Source of the DNA: a bacterium UBP15_UBA6099
GTDB taxonomy: Bacteria > UBP15 > UBA6099
Assembly (NCBI GenBank): GCA_002435745.1
Contig: DIWT01000004.1
Coordinates: 19,096 to 83,095, forward strand
Direction of reading: 5' to 3'
DNA length: 64,000 bases
The notes beneath the pieces are model-generated. The model was not told the origin of the DNA and did not search any database. It was given only the letters and a program-made list of their open reading frames with translations. Position 1 is the first letter of the stretch, and each line of letters begins with the position of its first letter. A program made the position numbers and the translations under genes. This document shows positions 46,330 to 56,952 of the stretch, one piece after another.

Positions 46330-47910
46330 TCATCCGCCTTCTTCGGGGTATCCGGTTATCTGTTGCATTTCTTTGAAAATGGGAAGCAATTGTTTGTAGA
46401 TTTTCGTGTAAACACGGTCGTAGAGGGCGGAGTACAGGGAGACGTTTTCCGGCACAGGCTCGAAGATGTCGCCGGGGCGGGTCATGGCGGCTACGGCGTC
46501 GTCGAAGCCGTTGAAAAAGCCGAGACCGACTGCGGCGTCGATGGCGGCTCCGAGAGCTGAAGTCTCGTGAGTGTGGGGTCTCTGCGCAGGCATCCCGAAC
46601 ACGTCCGCGCATATCTGCATGGCCGAAGAGCTTTGAGAGCCGCCGCCGGACACTCGCAGCCCCGTTATTGGGATTTTGTTTTTTTTCTCCGTGAGTTGAG
46701 CGCCTTCTTTCAGCGCGAACACAAGCCCTTCGAGTATGGCGCGGTAAAGGTGGGCGCGTTTGTGGAAGTCGCAGAACCCGATGACGGAGCCGCGCGCGCT
46801 TCGGTCTTTGTCGGGGGTTGGCGTCCAGTACGGCTGGAGCGTCAGCCCCATCGACCCCGGCGGGATGTCCTTTATCAGAACGTCTAGGAGTTGCTCAGGA
46901 GCGACGCCTTTTTCGCTTGCTTCGAGGCGCTCCTGAAGCCCGAACTCTTCTTTGAACCACGTTATCATCCACGCGCCGCGCTGCACCGCCACTTCGGTGT
47001 AAAAGCGTCCGGGGACTGCGGACGGATACGGAGGCCACAGAGGCTTCAACTCCACATATTTATCGTTCATCGTGTTTATTGTTGATATGGTTCCGAAGCT
47101 GACGCAGGCGTTTTCGGGGGACACGCAACCCGCGCCGAGAATCTCGCAAGCCTTGTCATTAGCCGCCGCGATGACCGGAAGCCCGGCGGGAATGCCTGTT
47201 TCTTCAGCCGCTTTCCTCGTGATATGGCCCAACAGGCCCGTCGGCTTCACGAGGGTCGGGAGTTTTTCTCGCTCGATGGGGAACAGCAGAGATTTCGGGT
47301 CGAACTTTCCGGCCCACTCGCCTTTTTTAGCGCTGAACGGCGTGTAACCGACGATGCTGCCGCTTGAGTCCGAGAACTCGCCTGTCAGCTTGAGATTGAA
47401 CCATCCTGACAGGTAGATGTGTTTGTGGACGCGCGCCCAGATTTCCGGCTGATTCTGTCGGATCCAGTTCGATTCGCAGTCCCGGACGGCTCCGTCTATG
47501 AGAGTGTGGAGGCCGAGCATTTTGAGAGGGAGGCGGAGCGCGGCAGGGAGCGCGCCTCGGGAGTCCGCCTTGCGCTCGTCGAGCCAGACTATTGCCGGGC
47601 GGAGCGGCGCGCCGTTCATGTCCACGTCTATCACTGTGTTGCGTTGCGTCGTCACCGCCACGCCCCGGATGGCGTCCTTGCTCTCTGATGTTTTCGCGAA
47701 CAGCCCGGCGCACGCGGTCCGCAGAATGTCCCAGAAGTATTCCGGGTCCTGCTCGGCCCAACCGGGCTGCGGCGAATGGCACAGGCGCATCGGCGTCTTG
47801 ACGATGTCCCTGATTTCGCCGTCGAGATCGATTAGAGCCGCCCTTATCGACTGTGTCCCGGCGTCTATCGACAGTATGAGATCGGATTTGCTCTTTTCGC
47901 TCTTTCCCAT
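46330..47910 (-). CDS. FGGY-family carbohydrate kinase, copy B (recent paralog of 40372-41958)
   Basis: Near-identical protein and DNA over the C-terminal two-thirds, for example the identical GLRVSGGGSQSSSAMQICADVFGMPAQRPHTHETSALGAAI block. The N-termini diverge. Confidence 0.8.
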   Translation of the reverse strand: MGKSEKSKSDLILSIDAGTQSIRAALIDLDGEIRDIVKTPMRLCHSPQPGWAEQDPEYFWDILRTACAGLFAKTSESKDAIRGVAVTTQRNTVIDVDMNGAPLRPAIVWLDERKADSRGALPAALRLPLKMLGLHTLIDGAVRDCESNWIRQNQPEIWARVHKHIYLSGWFNLKLTGEFSDSSGSIVGYTPFSAKKGEWAGKFDPKSLLFPIEREKLPTLVKPTGLLGHITRKAAEETGIPAGLPVIAAANDKACEILGAGCVSPENACVSFGTISTINTMNDKYVELKPLWPPYPSAVPGRFYTEVAVQRGAWMITWFKEEFGLQERLEASEKGVAPEQLLDVLIKDIPPGSMGLTLQPYWTPTPDKDRSARGSVIGFCDFHKRAHLYRAILEGLVFALKEGAQLTEKKNKIPITGLRVSGGGSQSSSAMQICADVFGMPAQRPHTHETSALGAAIDAAVGLGFFNGFDDAVAAMTRPGDIFEPVPENVSLYSALYDRVYTKIYKQLLPIFKEMQQITGYPEEGG

Positions 47911-47943
47911 GATGTGTCCTCGGTTCCCAATGGCGGATTCGGA

Positions 47944-49077
47944 TTATTTTGAGACGGTGTATGACGAGGCGGCGAGCCGCGCGCGGGTCAGCCCTGTTAT
48001 GTCAACGAAACTGTAGTGGTCCAACTGCTTGTTCCTCAACACGCCGGTGTGGGCGAAGACGATAAACTCGGTCAACGGCTGTTTCCCCGGCCACAGTTTT
48101 CTTTTAACTTTAAATAGAGCGTGGGAATCTCTGATTTCGCAGACCACTGAAGAAACGTCCTCCGTCGGAATGCCGTCCCGGTTGATTATGACCGCGCACG
48201 GCTGAGCGATCCCCGAAACCGAATAGCCGAGGGGCAGCAGCCGGACGAGAGCGCCGTCGAGCGGCAGTCCCTGTTCGGGGTCGGGCGCGGAGGACGCTGG
48301 GTTCATCACAGTAACCGCGTACTGGTTGAGCGCGATGGGGGTCAGGCTTCCGGTCGAGATTTCACCTTGCACCGTGATGTCGAAATAAAGCCAGTTGGAG
48401 TCGTATCCCATGCGGAAGTCGAGGATGTCGAAGTCCTCGCCCGCTCTTGAAGGCGGGTCGTCCACCGGCGTCTCTTCTTCGCCAAGAGCGAACATGCAGC
48501 CTCTGGGCCGCCTGTTTTCGAGGCATTCGGCGAAGGGCCGCTTGGCAAACTCGTCGCAGTCCTGTTTGAAGTAGGCGGCGGAGGGCGGCCACGAGGACTG
48601 AGCGCACGCAAGGTCAGCCAGAGTTCCGCTCTTTTCATTCCGCGCCCGGAATGCGGTTAAGACTTTCGCGCCCGCGGACCTGCCGGGAAGGGACGCTAAC
48701 ATCCGCCCGCGTTCTTTCGCCGGGGCCAGTTCCGAAACGTCCCAAGTTTTGCCGCCGTTGGCGCTGTGAAAAACGCTCGCGGAATCCATCTTGAGCGGGA
48801 CGGCGGACACGTGGGCGAATGTCGCGCCGAGGATGGCGGGTTTCTTGGGAGCGGGCGGAGACGGGTCGAACTCAGGCGTCGTGGCGGAGGGCAGGGGGAT
48901 GTCTTTTAAAAACAATATGTGCCTGTGTTTCAACTGGGAGGGGATGAGAACGACCGCGTCTGGGTCAAAGTCGCCGGCAGCCGGGGGCGTCTGCGCGGTC
49001 AGGGGCGCGCATATAATAACGGACAGAATGAAGGAGGCTATCGCCACTGTCGATTTTTGGCGTTTTTTTTCAGGCAT
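47944..49077 (-). CDS. Secreted hypothetical protein (signal peptide)
   Basis: The N-terminus KKRQKSTVAIASFILSVIICAPLTAQ is a signal peptide. I recognise no family. Confidence 0.45.
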   Translation of the reverse strand: MPEKKRQKSTVAIASFILSVIICAPLTAQTPPAAGDFDPDAVVLIPSQLKHRHILFLKDIPLPSATTPEFDPSPPAPKKPAILGATFAHVSAVPLKMDSASVFHSANGGKTWDVSELAPAKERGRMLASLPGRSAGAKVLTAFRARNEKSGTLADLACAQSSWPPSAAYFKQDCDEFAKRPFAECLENRRPRGCMFALGEEETPVDDPPSRAGEDFDILDFRMGYDSNWLYFDITVQGEISTGSLTPIALNQYAVTVMNPASSAPDPEQGLPLDGALVRLLPLGYSVSGIAQPCAVIINRDGIPTEDVSSVVCEIRDSHALFKVKRKLWPGKQPLTEFIVFAHTGVLRNKQLDHYSFVDITGLTRARLAASSYTVSK

Positions 49078-49122
49078 GTTTGTTAAAGTCCTTTCTTTGC
49101 CGGCTTCCGCGCTGTCCCGGTC

Positions 49123-50556
49123 TCACAACAAGGATTTTCCATCAACGCCGGGCGTTTCAAACCCCATGATTTTGCCGATTGTCGGAACGATGTCCACGAT
49201 GCTCGCGCCGCGGACGGTGGAGTCCGGAATGCCGGGGCCTGAGACCGCGAACGGGACCGCGGAGTCCAATATATGAAGCCCGCCGTGCTCGCCCGCTTTC
49301 GGTTTGTCCCCGAAGTAATAACCTTTTCGGCAATCGAGAAGAACCATCATGTCGCCGCAACGGGAGCAGTTCACGCCTTTTAGTCGGCGGACTGCGTCGG
49401 GATACTCAGATTCCTTGCCGGAGAAGAAGTTTTCGAGGGAAACGAGGGAGCCGCCGGAGAATACTTCGTAGTCCGCGCCGAAGCCGCGTCTTACGAGAAC
49501 GATGTCGACGAATGGCATCTGACCATTTTTTAATTTCTCGAAAGCGGCGGCGGCGGGGAGCGTGTCGCGCTCGAAGTCCGGCTCGTCCGCCCAGCGCCCT
49601 GTTTGCCTGTTCTTAAGGTGAACCTGAGCCGTGAACGCCTCCGTGCATATCACCGCGGTGTCCGCGTCGCGCACCGTTTTTTTGTCGAACAGATCGAACC
49701 CGCCGCCGGGAACGCCCTTCATAACTTCCGCCAGCATTTCGTTGGTTGCGATGTGGGTCTTCTCTCGCACGGTCTTGGCTTGGCAGTGATCCGCCGCCAG
49801 CAGAAAATGGAATTCTTCGAGCGGCCGGTTTTTTTCAAGCTCGGCGATGAACAGCCCGAAAAGCGGATCCACGATTGAGCGGTAGTAGTCGTTCTGAGTG
49901 TCCGGGCCGTGTTCGTGGCTGCTGTTGTCGTGGCCGGAGATGTAGAACACCGTCAGGTCGGGCAGCGGGTTCTTCCGCATGTCCCGGAAGAGGTGTTTGA
50001 ACGTCGCCTTGTCCCAATGTTTGTTATGGACAAGCTCTTCGTGGCAGAGCGCGAAAAGAATCATCTCCGGCCGGGTCGGCTTAATCCATTTGCCAACGCC
50101 CCGGCTTATCTGATTGAACACCTGCCATGAATCCAGCCCGGCGGCGGCGGCGAACTGGTAAACTGTTTTGATGTCGGCGGCCATGTCGTTGTTCGCGTAT
50201 TGGAGCTGGGGCCGTTGCGGCAGGATTATTGTGGGCCAGCCGACAAGGCCGAACCCGTAGACCCCGGCGGCGGTGGCCGCCGTAGTGTACCTCCGGTACA
50301 TCAGCGGGTCGCTGTGGCGGTCAAACCAACTGTTGCCTATGATGCCGTGCCTGCCGGGGAACACGCCCGTGAACATCGAGGGCTGGCAGGAGAGGGTGAC
50401 GGCGGGGAAGACGGCGGACGCTGTTTCCGCCCTCAGCCCGGTCCCGGCTATCCGGGACGTGTTGGTCGTCTTGTCGTCGAGCGCCGCGTACAGCACATCG
50501 GGATGAATCCCGTCGATGTCTATCATTATTAATTGTTTGCGCGAGTTGTCTGTCAT
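49123..50556 (-). CDS. Alkaline-phosphatase-superfamily protein (type I phosphodiesterase/nucleotide pyrophosphatase-like)
   Basis: LIMIDIDGIHPDVLY is the AlkP-core metal-ligand Asp region, and the GHDNSSHEHGPDT block carries His/Asp ligands. Confidence 0.6.
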   Translation of the reverse strand: MTDNSRKQLIMIDIDGIHPDVLYAALDDKTTNTSRIAGTGLRAETASAVFPAVTLSCQPSMFTGVFPGRHGIIGNSWFDRHSDPLMYRRYTTAATAAGVYGFGLVGWPTIILPQRPQLQYANNDMAADIKTVYQFAAAAGLDSWQVFNQISRGVGKWIKPTRPEMILFALCHEELVHNKHWDKATFKHLFRDMRKNPLPDLTVFYISGHDNSSHEHGPDTQNDYYRSIVDPLFGLFIAELEKNRPLEEFHFLLAADHCQAKTVREKTHIATNEMLAEVMKGVPGGGFDLFDKKTVRDADTAVICTEAFTAQVHLKNRQTGRWADEPDFERDTLPAAAAFEKLKNGQMPFVDIVLVRRGFGADYEVFSGGSLVSLENFFSGKESEYPDAVRRLKGVNCSRCGDMMVLLDCRKGYYFGDKPKAGEHGGLHILDSAVPFAVSGPGIPDSTVRGASIVDIVPTIGKIMGFETPGVDGKSLL

Positions 50557-50596
50557 TGTTCCCCCGTTCGGCGTTGTGCGGCGAGCGCGCCGCCTA

Positions 50597-51166
50597 TTAG
50601 AACCCTCGTTTTATGGATGAATCAGGCATCGAACGCCTGACGGAATCCTCGGCGTTCTCTCCTGCGTTAGCCGGATGCAGGTCCCAGTATGCGACGGCTC
50701 CGCCTTTAAGATTGAATACGTAGTTGAAGCCCGCTTTCCTCATTCTGGCCGCCGGTTCAACGCTCTCGTCTCCCTTTTCAGACACCACGATGTAATCCGC
50801 GTTCGGGTCCATGTCGGAAAGAGCCTCGTCAAGCTCGTCGTCGGGAATGTTTATCGAGTCCGGGATGAGCGGCGCGCCGCTCCAGATATCATCCGGGTCC
50901 CTGATGTCGATGATCACCGCGCCTCTGGAGACCATGCCTTCCACTTCTTCGGCGCGCACTGAATACACCGCGCGACCGACGACCTCTTTAGGCTTCCTGT
51001 CGTCCGCGTCATCTTTGTAATCGCCGGAATCGCGCTCGGACTCCGAATTGGCGGAAGCTGGAGCCTGTGGTTTCGCGCCTCTGCTGCAACCCGGCGCGAA
51101 CGCCCCGGCGGTCAGAAGCAATGCCAACGCCAAAGCCGGCAATGCCATGCGCTTCTTTGTGTTCAT
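50597..51166 (-). CDS. Rhodanese-domain lipoprotein
   Basis: The start is MNTKKRMALPALALALLLTAGAFAPGCS (lipobox) with a GGAGGTG RBS. The rhodanese fold is GAVIIDIRDPDDIW...YIVVSEKGDESVEPAARMRKAGF. The track ORF upstream of 51166 is probably a read-through artefact. Confidence 0.65.
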   Translation of the reverse strand: MNTKKRMALPALALALLLTAGAFAPGCSRGAKPQAPASANSESERDSGDYKDDADDRKPKEVVGRAVYSVRAEEVEGMVSRGAVIIDIRDPDDIWSGAPLIPDSINIPDDELDEALSDMDPNADYIVVSEKGDESVEPAARMRKAGFNYVFNLKGGAVAYWDLHPANAGENAEDSVRRSMPDSSIKRGF

Positions 51167-51582
51167 CGGCCACCTCCGGTTATTGACACATTGTAACTGT
51201 GCGGGGCCAAACAAGCAAAGGGGCGGAGACGGGAACCGAGCGAAAAAAGTCGACACTGAAGGCAATCTCGGACCGCACCAGCGCGTCGCGGGCAACCAAG
51301 CAATTATTCGACATAACAAAACAGACATAATCGGCGCGGTCGGCGCGCATGGTTTTTCATGCGGGCGCAACAAATGTTGCAGTCGGAGCGATGGGCGCGC
51401 AAACGCTAAATAACGCAACATAAAATATGTTTCTACAAATATCGGTTAAATCAAGGCGCTTTTTAGGATAGAAACCGCGCCCGGCGGAAGAGCCGATTTG
51501 TGGGCTGAAATCACTTTTGGTAAAAAATGTTGCAAATTGTCGGATGCTATATTAGATTAAAATACTATAGATAGAGAGGCTC

Positions 51583-52500
51583 ATGGATTTAGCGATAGTA
51601 GGAACAATGGCTCTGGACACAGTGGAGACGCCCTTCGGGAATGTGAAGGACGCGTTGGGCGGCTCCGGATCGTACGCGGGATGCGCGGCGAGTTTTTTCG
51701 CCCGTCCGGGGCTTGTGGGCGTGGTGGGGGAGGACTTCCCCGATGAGCATCTGGCGGCTCTGAGGTCTCGCGGAATAGACACATCCGGGGTCGAGCGCGC
51801 TCCCGGCGGCACTTTCAGATGGGGCGGACGCTATGAGACCGACGTCAACGTGAGAGCCACTCTCTTCACCGAGCTTAACGCTCTGGAGAAATTCGACCCC
51901 AAGTTGCCGGATGATTATAAAAAAACAAAATATCTTTTTCTGGCGAATATCGAGCCGGGACTTCAGAACAAAGTTCTGGACCAGTGCGGTTCGCTGGAAT
52001 TCACGATACTGGACACGATGAATTTCTGGATAGAAGGATACAGGGCGGAACTGGACAGGGCGCTGAAGAGGGTGGACGCGGTGATGCTCAACGACGAAGA
52101 GGCGAGGATGCTCACCGGGCGCGGAAACCTGAGGGCGGCGGCTGCCGCCGCTCTGGAGATGGGCCCCCGGATTGTGGTGGTGAAAAAAGGCGAGCACGGC
52201 GCGATGATGTTCACAAAAAGCAGCCACTTCGCGCTTCCGGGATACCCGCTGGAGACATTGAAGGACCCGACGGGAGCCGGGGACTCGTTCGCGGGCGGCT
52301 TCATAGGCTACGTGGCCTCGCGCGGCTCGGCGGACGAAGAGACGCTCCGGCAGGCGATGGTCGCCGGAACAGCAACTGCTTCCTACTGTTGCGAGGACTT
52401 CAGCATAGACAGATTCAGGACGTTGAACATATCGGATGTAGCCGCGAGAGCGGCGTCGGTGGGCGAAGCCGTGAGGTTTTCCCCGCTCGAATGGAAATGA
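51583..52500 (+). CDS. PfkB-family carbohydrate/nucleoside kinase (adenosine-kinase-like by context)
   Basis: The N-terminal GG motif (LGGSGSYAGCA) and the C-terminal DPTGAGDSFAGGF anion hole. It lies directly upstream of ahcY. Confidence 0.75.
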   Translation: MDLAIVGTMALDTVETPFGNVKDALGGSGSYAGCAASFFARPGLVGVVGEDFPDEHLAALRSRGIDTSGVERAPGGTFRWGGRYETDVNVRATLFTELNALEKFDPKLPDDYKKTKYLFLANIEPGLQNKVLDQCGSLEFTILDTMNFWIEGYRAELDRALKRVDAVMLNDEEARMLTGRGNLRAAAAAALEMGPRIVVVKKGEHGAMMFTKSSHFALPGYPLETLKDPTGAGDSFAGGFIGYVASRGSADEETLRQAMVAGTATASYCCEDFSIDRFRTLNISDVAARAASVGEAVRFSPLEWK

Positions 52501-52505
52501 AATAA

Positions 52506-53840
<1,335 letters not shown>

Positions 53841-53883
53841 GACATCCGCATAAGACAGCCCGAGAGACGGCGGGAGGAACGCT

Positions 53884-56049
53884 TTGGAGATAAGAGATTA
53901 TTGGGCGATTATATGGAAGCGGAAATTCATCGTCTTCCTGTGCGTCATCGGCGTGGCGTTGATCGGCTTCCTGTACACTTTCATTTACCTGAAACCCGTA
54001 TATAGCGCCACCGCCAGAATACTCGTCGACCAGCCTAGCAGGGTTCTTCTCATAACGTCTCCGACGCCCAACATGCAGTCCCCGATGAGCGTAGAGACGC
54101 AGCGAAAACTGCTCAAGAGCAGGGCGGTGGCCGAGCGCGCCGCCGAGAAGCTCAACTGGCCCCCGGAAAAAGCCATCGAGCTTGTCAACAGGGTGATGGA
54201 CAAGAGCGACGAGGACACCGGAATAATCTATGTGACGATAGAGGGCGGAAATCCCTCCGAATGCTCGAGCGTCGCCAACGCATACGCCCGCGCTTTCGAG
54301 GACTTCAGCAAGGACCTCTCCGAAAAGTCTTACCGCGAGACGCTCGAATTCATCAAACAGCAACTGGATCACGCGCGCGAAGGCTTAGAAGAGAAAGAAA
54401 AGAACATCTTCGATTTCAACCTGCAGAACGGCGTCGTCATGCTCGACGAAACGGCGATTCAGAAAAACAAGAATATAGCCGATTTCGAGACGGAGCGAAT
54501 CATGGCGGACATAGAGGTCAGGCTTCTCGAGACCCAGTCCGCAGGCGTGAGGTCCGCCTTGAGGGACAAGACTCTGCTGGTGGCGCAGAATGTGGAATCG
54601 CTCGCTGAAACGACCCAGTTCACTTCCGGCGACTCGACAAGCGTCACCTCAATGCTGATGAACCTCAAAATGGAGAAGGAATCGAAGCTCAAGAAGTATA
54701 AACCGGAGCATCCCGCCATAAAAGAGATTGACGACAGAATCTCGGTGCTCGAAAAACAACTGGACAAGCACGCGGCCGACCTTATAAACAACAGGGTCAT
54801 ATCGCCCTCGAAATACGTCAAGGAACAGGAAGCCCTAGAGGAGTTGAACTCCCGGATGCAGTTGGCGAGAGTTAGGTCCGCCAACCTCGAATCCAACATA
54901 AACAAGCTGAAAGCCGAGCAGCGTGACTACCCGCAGTTGCAGTATGAGCTGAGCCGGCTCATCAGGGAAAAGCAGATAGCCGAGGAGTTGTTCATGATGC
55001 TGTACGAGCAGCATCAGAGGATAATGATCGAGGAAGTCCGCAAAGACGTAAAAGTGAGAGTGTTCGACGAAGCTGAAACGCCCAACAGGCCGATTAGGCC
55101 GAACAGGGCCAAGAACATGGCGGTGGCTCTCATGTTCGGCCTGCTGTCAGGCATCGGGCTTGCCTTCATCCTCGAAGAGATGGAAGAGACCGTCCGCACC
55201 AGCGACGACGTCAAGACCTATCTGAACCTGCCCGTGCTAGGCTCGATACCTTACAGCGCTGAAACCATAAACAAGCTCATCACCGACGTGCCGTTGAAGT
55301 CGCCCATAGCCGAGGCATACAGGCGGCTTAGCTTCTTCACCCAGTTGTTCTGCTTGGATCCGCCTGTTAAAACCCTGCTGGTGACAAGCTCGAAATCGGA
55401 CGAGGGGAAATCCACGACTATGGCCAACTTGGCCATATCGATGGCGCAGGAAGGCACGAAAGTGCTTATGATCGACACCGACCTGCGCCGCCCCATGCTG
55501 CACAGAATGTTCGGGGTCGACAACTCGCTCGGATTAAGCTCGATACTCACAGGAGAACTGGAAGCCGAGATAGCCGTCAGCGACCTGTCCGTGAGCGGAA
55601 GGCTCCCCAAAGAGTCGTTCATGGACGTCGTGGTCGACCGCCTGATTCAGCCGGTGGGCATCAAAGGCCTGAGCATGATACCTTCCGGCCCGCTGCCCGC
55701 GAACTCGATTGAGCTGCTGCGCTCCGAGCGCATGCTTCAGTTCCTGCGGTGCGTCGAGAGAAAAGCCGACATCGTGCTGTTCGACAGCCCGCCCTCCATC
55801 CACGTCATCGACTCGGTGGTCATGGCGCAGATGCTAGACGGTGTGCTGCTTGTCATTAACTCCGGACGAATCAACCGGGACGAAGCGGTTCAGGTCAAAT
55901 ACATGATAGAGAGCACGAAGACACCCATAATCGGCGTGGCCCTCAACAACATCGAGGCCTCAAGCCCGGATTATTATTACTATTATTATTACGGCGGCTA
56001 CGGCTACGGAAGCCGGCAGAGGCAGAAGAGAGTGAAGCTCAAACGCTAG
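53884..56049 (+). CDS. Polysaccharide co-polymerase/BY-kinase (Wzc-like) with C-terminal hepta-tyrosine cluster
   Basis: N-terminal TM plus Wzz-like coiled coil, then the P-loop VTSSKSDEGKSTTMANLA and DTDLRRP. The C-terminus is SPDYYYYYYYGGYGYG. Confidence 0.85.
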   Translation: MEIRDYWAIIWKRKFIVFLCVIGVALIGFLYTFIYLKPVYSATARILVDQPSRVLLITSPTPNMQSPMSVETQRKLLKSRAVAERAAEKLNWPPEKAIELVNRVMDKSDEDTGIIYVTIEGGNPSECSSVANAYARAFEDFSKDLSEKSYRETLEFIKQQLDHAREGLEEKEKNIFDFNLQNGVVMLDETAIQKNKNIADFETERIMADIEVRLLETQSAGVRSALRDKTLLVAQNVESLAETTQFTSGDSTSVTSMLMNLKMEKESKLKKYKPEHPAIKEIDDRISVLEKQLDKHAADLINNRVISPSKYVKEQEALEELNSRMQLARVRSANLESNINKLKAEQRDYPQLQYELSRLIREKQIAEELFMMLYEQHQRIMIEEVRKDVKVRVFDEAETPNRPIRPNRAKNMAVALMFGLLSGIGLAFILEEMEETVRTSDDVKTYLNLPVLGSIPYSAETINKLITDVPLKSPIAEAYRRLSFFTQLFCLDPPVKTLLVTSSKSDEGKSTTMANLAISMAQEGTKVLMIDTDLRRPMLHRMFGVDNSLGLSSILTGELEAEIAVSDLSVSGRLPKESFMDVVVDRLIQPVGIKGLSMIPSGPLPANSIELLRSERMLQFLRCVERKADIVLFDSPPSIHVIDSVVMAQMLDGVLLVINSGRINRDEAVQVKYMIESTKTPIIGVALNNIEASSPDYYYYYYYGGYGYGSRQRQKRVKLKR

Positions 56050-56067
56050 AGGGAAAAGGCGGCGCCG

Positions 56068-56949
56068 ATGCTTGAGCGGTTCGTAAGAGGAATCATCGAA
56101 AAAGAGGGAAAGAAATCCGTCGTCGACTTGCCTGTCGACGAGATTTCGGTCAACCCGTATCAGCCCAGAAGAACGTTCGATCCCGACAAGCTCGACGAGC
56201 TTGCCAAGTCCATCCGGGAACAGGGCGTGTTGCAGCCGGTGATAGCGCGCAAGTTCGGCGGCGGATACGAGCTTGTCGCCGGAGAGCGCAGGCTTCGCGC
56301 CTGCAAGCTGATAGGCCTTAAAACCATCCCCGCGATTGTCAGGCAGCTCGACGATCAGGACATGATCGAGATTGCCTTCATAGAGAACCTCCAGCGCGAG
56401 CAGCTCGACGATGTCGAAACCGCCGAGGCGGTCGGCAAGATGGCCGCGGCGGGCGGCGATATAAAAGCCGTCGCCGAGCGCATAGGCCGCGACGTCGATT
56501 CGGTCAAAGCCAAGCTCTGGATGCTCAAGCTGCCCCAAGTCGTCAAAAAAGCGGTCGTCTCCAAGCTTATAACCGTCGAACACGCGAGGCTCCTTTCTGA
56601 GATAGTCGGAGAGAAAAAACAGATGGAGGCCCTCGAAAAAATTTACCGGGAAAAATTGACGGTGGAGCAGACGCGCGAACTGGTAAGCTCCCTGCCTGAA
56701 TATATGAAGGCAAAACGCGGCTTCGAGAAGCCGCGCGGAAAAACTTACAGGTACTCCAAGGAGAGTTTGGGCAGGGCCGCTGCCTGCGTCGACATGATAA
56801 GACAGTTGGTGGGCGAGTTCCGCGACGCGGGCGTGAGAGTGGAGGTCAGCGAGCTTGTAACAGGCAAATCCGTCAATGTTAGGCTGTCTTTTCCTCTGGA
56901 GCGCGAAGAGTCCGGCCCTCAGCCCCGCGCGGAGGCTACAGGCGAATAA
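56068..56949 (+). CDS. ParB-like nuclease-domain protein (ParB/Spo0J/Noc-like N-terminus)
   Basis: ISVNPYQPRRTFDPDKLDELAKSIREQGVLQPVIAR...YELVAGERRLRAC is the ParB box II/III region. Confidence 0.7.
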   Translation: MLERFVRGIIEKEGKKSVVDLPVDEISVNPYQPRRTFDPDKLDELAKSIREQGVLQPVIARKFGGGYELVAGERRLRACKLIGLKTIPAIVRQLDDQDMIEIAFIENLQREQLDDVETAEAVGKMAAAGGDIKAVAERIGRDVDSVKAKLWMLKLPQVVKKAVVSKLITVEHARLLSEIVGEKKQMEALEKIYREKLTVEQTRELVSSLPEYMKAKRGFEKPRGKTYRYSKESLGRAAACVDMIRQLVGEFRDAGVRVEVSELVTGKSVNVRLSFPLEREESGPQPRAEATGE

Positions 56950-56952
56950 TCG

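Noticed and set aside
40460-46612. Arg-rich 64-aa and 136-aa ORFs that look like a repeated 'protein' (MRGRLRDARAETSHSRDF...)
   Set aside because: They are the same alternative reading frame of the duplicated FGGY kinase 3' ends. The repetition reflects the DNA duplication, not a gene.
50597-51421. Full 274-aa track ORF for the rhodanese protein
   Set aside because: The upstream 85 codons lack an RBS and overlap the promoter region. The internal ATG at 51166 has a GGAGGTG RBS and starts a clean lipoprotein signal peptide.
51421-51583. Possible SAH riboswitch upstream of the PfkB-ahcY operon
   Set aside because: I could not find the conserved SAH-element pseudoknot sequences. There is only a generic promoter-like TTGCAA...TATATT.
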